Shown: piece by piece, positions 58,890-64,000 of the stretch
How the letters are laid out: each line of letters begins with the position of its first letter
Position numbering within the stretch: position 1 is the first letter of the stretch
DNA from: Syntrophales bacterium
Lineage (GTDB): Bacteria; Desulfobacterota; Syntrophia; Syntrophales; UBA6807
Direction of reading: 5' to 3'
DNA length: 64,000 bases
Assembly: GCA_040767195.1 (NCBI GenBank)
Contig: JAXGPA010000001.1
Span: forward strand, 768,001-832,000
The notes under the pieces: generated by a model
Told to the model about the DNA's origin: nothing
Database searches by the model: none
What the model saw: only the letters and a program-made list of their open reading frames with translations
Made by a program: the position numbers and the translations under genes

Positions 58890-60356
58890 TCAATGGCCTT
58901 CTTCCGGCCCGCTGTCTCTATTTTCCCGGTATGCCTGTCCGGATGGCGTTGCTGATGGCTCCAGTGCTTCCACTTCCCAGCCGCCGCCCATGGATTTGTA
59001 GAGATTGACCATGGCGCGGAAAAGGGTTCCCTTGGTCTGGACGTACGTGAGTTCCATGTTGAAGAGGTTCCTGTCCGCGTCGAGAACTTCCAGATAACTG
59101 CTGTAGCCGTTTTCGTAACGGAGCCTGGCCAGGTCCCTGTATGATCGCAGGGCTTCGACTTGAGCCGCCTGGGCCTCCATGATCTCCCGGGTCTTTCGCT
59201 GGTCGACCAGGTTGTCTTCGACTTCCCGAAAGGCCTCCTGCACGGACTGCCGGTATCGGATCAGGGCCTGTTCCTGAATGGCCTCCGTCGCCTTTTCCTG
59301 GCCGTAGAGACGGCCGGCCATGAAAATCGGCATCGTGATCGTTCCGCCGAAATTCCATGCCTGGGCAGGCCCGGTGAAGAGATTGGAAAGGTCGGTGCTG
59401 ATGGAGCCGAACATGCCGGTCAGGGAGATGGACGGAAAATAGGCGGCCCGGGCGACGCCGATACGGGCGTTCGCGGCGATCAGGTCCTGTTCGGCCTGCC
59501 TGATGTCGGGGCGGCGCTCCAGGACGTCCGAGGGCAGACCTGCCGGCACTTCCGGCACGACGAGCTCGTTGATGGACCTGCCCCTCTTCACCGGTCCCGG
59601 ATTGCGGCCCAGCAGGAAGTTCAGGGCGTTTTCCCCCTGGTAGATTGTTTTTTCGATCTTCGGTATGGCCGCCCTGGCGCTTTCATACTCCGATTTCACC
59701 TGGCTCAGTTCGAGTTCCGAAACCACGCCCCCGGCAAACCGCATGTTGAAAAGATCCAGCGATTCCTTGCGCGTTTCCACGGTCCTCCGGGCGATTTCCA
59801 ACTGCCGGTCCAGATCCCTCAGATCGATATAGCTGCCCGCCACGGTGGCCGCCAGGGAAAGAAGAACGGCACGGCGGGACTCTTCCTTTGCAAGGAGGTC
59901 CGCCCGGGCCGCTTCCGTGGCCCGCCTCAGTTTCCCCCAGAGGTCGATCTCCCAGCTCGCGTTCAGGTCGGCCTGGTAGGTGCTGTACTCCGGTGACAGC
60001 CCCGGCTGCCATCCCGTGATTCCTTCCTGTGTCGCCCGCTGTCTCGCCGCGGCGGCCCCCGCGCCGGCCTGGGGAAAAAGATTTCCCCGGGTGGCCATGT
60101 ATCTTCCCCGGTATTCCTCTATCCGGGCGGCGGCGATGAGTAAATCCTTGTTGTCCTTCAAGGCGGTTTCGATCATTTCGTTCAGCACGGGATCGCCGAA
60201 CTGCTCCCACCAGCGGGCGTTTACGGATGCCCCGGCGTCCTTCTCCTCGAAACGCCAGGCCTGGGGTGTGTCCACGTCAGGCCGGCTGTAATCGGGCCCG
60301 ACGGCGCACGCAGTAAGGATGAGGGCGGCCAGAGCGGCAGCAAGCGGCCTTTTCAT
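58890..60356 (-). CDS. RND efflux outer membrane lipoprotein (NodT/OprM family)
   Basis: Lipobox LTAC, WWEQFGDP.L, SWEIDLWG, LERRPDI..AE, LYKSMGGGW. Confidence 0.93.
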   Translation of the reverse strand: MKRPLAAALAALILTACAVGPDYSRPDVDTPQAWRFEEKDAGASVNARWWEQFGDPVLNEMIETALKDNKDLLIAAARIEEYRGRYMATRGNLFPQAGAGAAAARQRATQEGITGWQPGLSPEYSTYQADLNASWEIDLWGKLRRATEAARADLLAKEESRRAVLLSLAATVAGSYIDLRDLDRQLEIARRTVETRKESLDLFNMRFAGGVVSELELSQVKSEYESARAAIPKIEKTIYQGENALNFLLGRNPGPVKRGRSINELVVPEVPAGLPSDVLERRPDIRQAEQDLIAANARIGVARAAYFPSISLTGMFGSISTDLSNLFTGPAQAWNFGGTITMPIFMAGRLYGQEKATEAIQEQALIRYRQSVQEAFREVEDNLVDQRKTREIMEAQAAQVEALRSYRDLARLRYENGYSSYLEVLDADRNLFNMELTYVQTKGTLFRAMVNLYKSMGGGWEVEALEPSATPSGQAYRENRDSGPEEGH

Positions 60357-60357
60357 A

Positions 60358-63300
60358 TCAGGCACCCTCCTTTTCCGGTGGCTGTTCGACAGCGCCCGGC
60401 TCGACTGTCCGGGCCCGGGCGTTCTCCCGACCCTTCGATCCCGGAGCGCGGACTTTCGTGCTTTCCAGGAGATAGAAAAAGAGGGGGATGAAGAAAATGG
60501 CGATGAGGGTGGCGCCGAGCATGCCCCCGATCACCCCCGTGCCGATGGAATGGCGGCTGTTGGCCGAGGCGCCCGTCGCGAGGGCGAGAGGCACGCAGCC
60601 GAGAATGAAGGCAAGGGACGTCATCACGATGGGGCGCAGCCTCATGCGGGCGGCGGAGACGGCGGCGTCGTAAACAGAGGCGCCCTCCTGGAGCTTCAGG
60701 ACGGCGAACTCGAAGATGAGGATGGCATTTTTCGCGGCCAGTGCAATGAGTGTGATCAACCCGATCTGGAAATAAACGTCGTTCTCGATACCCCTGAGCG
60801 CGATGGACAGGAGGGCCCCGAAAAGGGCGAAGGGAACGGCCAGAACGACACCGAACGGCAGCGACCACTTCTCGTACTGGGCGGCCAAAATGAGAAAAAC
60901 CATGACGAGCCCGAAGATAAAAACGACAACCGACGTTCCACCAGCCTTTTTTTCCTCGTAAGATTGGCCGCTCCAGGCGTAGGAAAAATCCGCCGGCAGA
61001 ACCTGGACGGCCACCCGTTCCATGGCCTCTATGGCCTGGCCGGTGCTGTAGCCGGAAGCGGCACCCCCGATAATCTTGGCGGCGGGAAAGTTGTTGAACC
61101 GGGTGATCAGGTCCGGTCCCGCGACGTAGCGCCTCGTGATGACCGACTTGAGAGGAACCATGTTGTTGTTTTTCGAACGCACGTAGGCCTTTTCTATGTC
61201 TTCCGGTTTGGAGCGGTATTGGGGCTCCGCCTGCAGAATGACCTGCCACAGGCGGCTGAACTTGCTGAACTGGCTGACATACATGGACCCGAACAGGATC
61301 TGGAGGGTGTTGTAGACATCCTCCACGGGGACGCCCAGCATCTCCGATTTTTCCACGTCCACATCGACCATCAGCTGTTGCGAGTGCGCGTTCATGAGGG
61401 TATTGACCCCCTGCAGCTCAGGCTGACGTTTCGCCACGGCGATAAAGGACCGGGTCACCTCTTCAAGCTTGTCCGTTCCCCCGGAGCCGGTGTTCTGAAT
61501 CCAGAATTCGAAACCCGCCGTCGTTCCGAGTCCCGGGATGGAGGGCGGGTTCACCGGCAGGACAATGCCTTCACGGTGCTTCATGAGCTGCATGCCCGTC
61601 GCCCTCACGACTGCTGGAGCCTGCAGCGCCTTTTCCGATCGTTCCTCATAATCCTTCAGGGAAATGAACAGGGTGCCCGCATTGGTCTTCAACTGCCCGT
61701 CCATGAGGCTGTAGCCGTCCACCTCGACGACGTCCTGAACGGCAGGGTGCCCGGAGAATATCATGCCCGCGGCCCGATCCAGTTTCTGGGCCCGGTCAAG
61801 ACTGGCGGCGTCGGGGAGAAAGCTCACCCCCAGGAGGTACCCCTGGTCCTCCGAGGGAACGAAGCTTGTCGGTATCCTGTGAAAGAGGGCGACTGTCGCG
61901 GCAATCATGACGACGACGAAGAGAAGGGACACGAAAGCCCGCCTGATGACGAGCCGGACCACCCGGATGTAGCCTTCCACAAGGCGGTTGAACCCCTTTT
62001 CGAACCAGACAAAGAACCTGTTCTTTTTGTCATCCCCGTGCGTGAGAAGGATGGCGGCCATCGCCGGGGACAGGGTCAGGGCGACGATCCCGGAAAGAAC
62101 GACGGAGATGGCGATGGTTACGGCGAACTGCTTGTAGAGCTGTCCCGTCATCCCCCCCAGAAACGCGACGGGGACGAAAACGGCGCAAAGGACCAGGACA
62201 ATGGCGACAACGGGACCGGTCACCTCCCCCATGGCTTTTTTCGCCGCGTCTTTCGGGGTGAGATTGAACTCGGTCATGTTACGCTCGACGTTCTCAATAA
62301 CGACGATGGCGTCGTCGACCACGATGCCGATGGCGAGAACCATGCCGAAGAGGGTCAGCATGTTGATGGAAAAGCCGAAGAGGGTCATGCCGATGAAGGT
62401 CCCGATGATGGATACGGGAATCGCCATGATGGGAACGACCGTCGCCCGGACGCTCTGAAGAAACAGGTAGACCACGAGCACGACCAGGAGGCACGCCTCG
62501 AAGAAAGTGATGAGGACTTCCTCGATCGACGCCCGGACGAACTTGGTCGTGTCCATGGCGATCTTGTACTCGATGCCGTCGGGGAAATCCTTGCTCATCT
62601 CCTCCAGGGTCCGGGTCACCTGGCTGGACACGTCGAGGGCGTTGGCGCCCGGCTGCTGGTAGACGGCGATGGGGGTGGCCGTTTTACCGTTGAGCCGTGT
62701 GCGGATCGAGTAATCCCGCAAGGCCAGTTCGGCCCGCCCGATGTCTTTCAGGCGGACGATGGCAGCGCCTTCCCGGTCCGTTCGCAGGATAATGTTTTCG
62801 AATTCTTCGGGCTCCACGAACCGGCCCCTGGTCGTGACGGAAAACGTCTGTTCCACCGGGCCATCGGTGGGGGACTGTCCGATCTTGCCGACGGCGTACT
62901 GCTGGTTCTGCCTCTTCACGGCATTGGCCACGTCGGTGGCGTTGATCCCGAGCTGGGCCATGCGGTCCGGCTTCAGCCAGATGCGCATGGCATAGTCGGG
63001 CAGTCCCAGGATGGCCGTCTGGCTGGCGCCCGGTATGCGCTTCAAGGCATCCAGAACGTGGAGATTGGCGTAGTTGGCCACGTAGGTTTCGTCATAGCGG
63101 TCGTTGGGGGAGTAAATGCCGATAACCATGAGGAAAGTGCTTGATTTCTTGCTGACCTGAACTCCCAGGTCCGTGACCGATGAGGGCAGCAGCGGCAAGG
63201 CCTGGTTCACCCGGTTCTGAACGTCCACCTGGGCCAGATCGGGGTCGGTCCCGATGTTGAAGAAAACGGTGAGGGTCATGTTGCCGGTGCTGGCGCTCGT

Positions 63301-63543
63301 CGAGGACATGTAGATCATGTTGTCCGCGCCATTCACCTGCTGCTCTATGGGTGCGGCCACGTTGTCGGAGATCACGTCGGCGCTCGCCCCCGGGTAACTG
63401 GCCGAAACGGTGACCTGGGGTGGCGTTATGTCCGGATACTGGGCGATAGGAAGGTTGTACATGGCCACAAGGCCCGCGATGACGATAATGATGGAAATGA
63501 CGGAAGCGAAGATGGGGCGGTCGATGAAGAAATGGGAGAACAT
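60358..63543 (-). CDS. HAE1-family RND efflux permease (AcrB/MexB-like)
   Basis: FFIDRPIFA, LPIAQYP, AMRIWL, GIVVDDAIVV.EN, AKNAILI, RLRPIVMTS. Confidence 0.96.
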   Translation of the reverse strand: MFSHFFIDRPIFASVISIIIVIAGLVAMYNLPIAQYPDITPPQVTVSASYPGASADVISDNVAAPIEQQVNGADNMIYMSSTSASTGNMTLTVFFNIGTDPDLAQVDVQNRVNQALPLLPSSVTDLGVQVSKKSSTFLMVIGIYSPNDRYDETYVANYANLHVLDALKRIPGASQTAILGLPDYAMRIWLKPDRMAQLGINATDVANAVKRQNQQYAVGKIGQSPTDGPVEQTFSVTTRGRFVEPEEFENIILRTDREGAAIVRLKDIGRAELALRDYSIRTRLNGKTATPIAVYQQPGANALDVSSQVTRTLEEMSKDFPDGIEYKIAMDTTKFVRASIEEVLITFFEACLLVVLVVYLFLQSVRATVVPIMAIPVSIIGTFIGMTLFGFSINMLTLFGMVLAIGIVVDDAIVVIENVERNMTEFNLTPKDAAKKAMGEVTGPVVAIVLVLCAVFVPVAFLGGMTGQLYKQFAVTIAISVVLSGIVALTLSPAMAAILLTHGDDKKNRFFVWFEKGFNRLVEGYIRVVRLVIRRAFVSLLFVVVMIAATVALFHRIPTSFVPSEDQGYLLGVSFLPDAASLDRAQKLDRAAGMIFSGHPAVQDVVEVDGYSLMDGQLKTNAGTLFISLKDYEERSEKALQAPAVVRATGMQLMKHREGIVLPVNPPSIPGLGTTAGFEFWIQNTGSGGTDKLEEVTRSFIAVAKRQPELQGVNTLMNAHSQQLMVDVDVEKSEMLGVPVEDVYNTLQILFGSMYVSQFSKFSRLWQVILQAEPQYRSKPEDIEKAYVRSKNNNMVPLKSVITRRYVAGPDLITRFNNFPAAKIIGGAASGYSTGQAIEAMERVAVQVLPADFSYAWSGQSYEEKKAGGTSVVVFIFGLVMVFLILAAQYEKWSLPFGVVLAVPFALFGALLSIALRGIENDVYFQIGLITLIALAAKNAILIFEFAVLKLQEGASVYDAAVSAARMRLRPIVMTSLAFILGCVPLALATGASANSRHSIGTGVIGGMLGATLIAIFFIPLFFYLLESTKVRAPGSKGRENARARTVEPGAVEQPPEKEGA

Positions 63544-63557
63544 GGGGGGTCCTCCCT

Positions 63558-64000
63558 TTACCGGCCCGGGCTGGTGCCGGCGGCGGCCGGCGGGGCTTTA
63601 CCGTTCTGTCCGGAGGGCGTTCCCGTCGTTCCGGCTTTCGCTGACGGCTCGGCGATTCTGACAGGAACACCGGGCGCGAGGCGGATCAGGTTGTCGATGA
63701 TGACCTTATCACCGGCCTTGAGGCCTTCGGAGATGAATACACTGTCGCCGTGCCACTCTCCGATGACGACACCGCGAAACTCCACCTTGCCTTCCTCGTC
63801 GACAACCCAGGTAAAATGCCCCTTGGCTCCCTGCATGACGGCGCTGCGCGGCACCAGGACGGCATCGGGACGGATGGCGCCCTTCAGAAACACCCGGGCG
63901 AACTCCCCCGGTCGAAGGAAACCGGGAACCGTCAGCGGGTTGTCGATCTCCGCCCTCACTTCAAAGGTCCCGGTCTTCTGGCTGTAAGAAGGGTCGGCAA
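63558..64000 (-). CDS. RND membrane fusion protein (periplasmic adaptor), 5'-truncated by window edge
   Basis: TGTFEVRAEIDNP..LRPGEFARV, LVPRSAV, EGLKAGDKVI; directly upstream of the RND permease. Confidence 0.9.
   Translation of the reverse strand, partial: ADPSYSQKTGTFEVRAEIDNPLTVPGFLRPGEFARVFLKGAIRPDAVLVPRSAVMQGAKGHFTWVVDEEGKVEFRGVVIGEWHGDSVFISEGLKAGDKVIIDNLIRLAPGVPVRIAEPSAKAGTTGTPSGQNGKAPPAAAGTSPGR

Noticed and set aside
60319..63144. 941-aa plus-strand ORF and similar long antisense ORFs (e.g. 16080-17984, 44564-46576, 52505-54097, 34147-35871)
   Set aside because: Antisense shadows of well-supported genes, expected from GC-rich codon bias; no recognisable motifs

Overview
GC-rich bacterial chromosomal window, most consistent with an anaerobic deltaproteobacterium (Desulfobacterota, Syntrophales-like). 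This is inferred from gene content and order, not from a marker-gene search. In order along the window: (1) a TRAP permease / class-III aminotransferase / metallophosphoesterase / Kce-family cluster; (2) a ZraP/S/R-like sigma-54 two-component operon with a clear -24/-12 promoter; (3) a squalene-synthase-like gene coupled to a B12-type radical SAM gene; (4) a B12 acyl-CoA mutase cluster with isobutyryl-CoA-mutase-type residues, plus MeaB, CobO, DUF2284 and an enoyl-CoA hydratase; (5) SRAP and a polyprenyl synthetase; (6) a DUF1178 / cysteine synthase-CysRS fusion / GAF-degenerate GGDEF / nnr run; (7) tRNA-Pro, a lone pilC, and hldA-DUF4416-yicC-gmk-rpoZ-pyrF-rlmB; (8) a ~19 kb envelope operon from lysS through lolCD, bamA, skp, lpxDA, gnnAB-like, lpxB, msbA, lpxK, lpxL, waaF, gmhB and waaC to Trm112; (9) gap-tpiA-secG-tRNA-Leu; (10) tRNA-Arg(TCT) followed by an AT-richer decayed patch with an IPTL-CTERM C-type lectin and two pseudogenes; (11) a Tat-signal L-serine dehydratase, DUF374 and an RND efflux operon. 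The best novelty candidates are the cysteine synthase-CysRS fusion, whose CysRS catalytic motifs are systematically altered while the anticodon domain looks intact, and the twin-arginine-tagged Fe-S serine dehydratase. All family assignments come from visual motif recognition; no database search was run.
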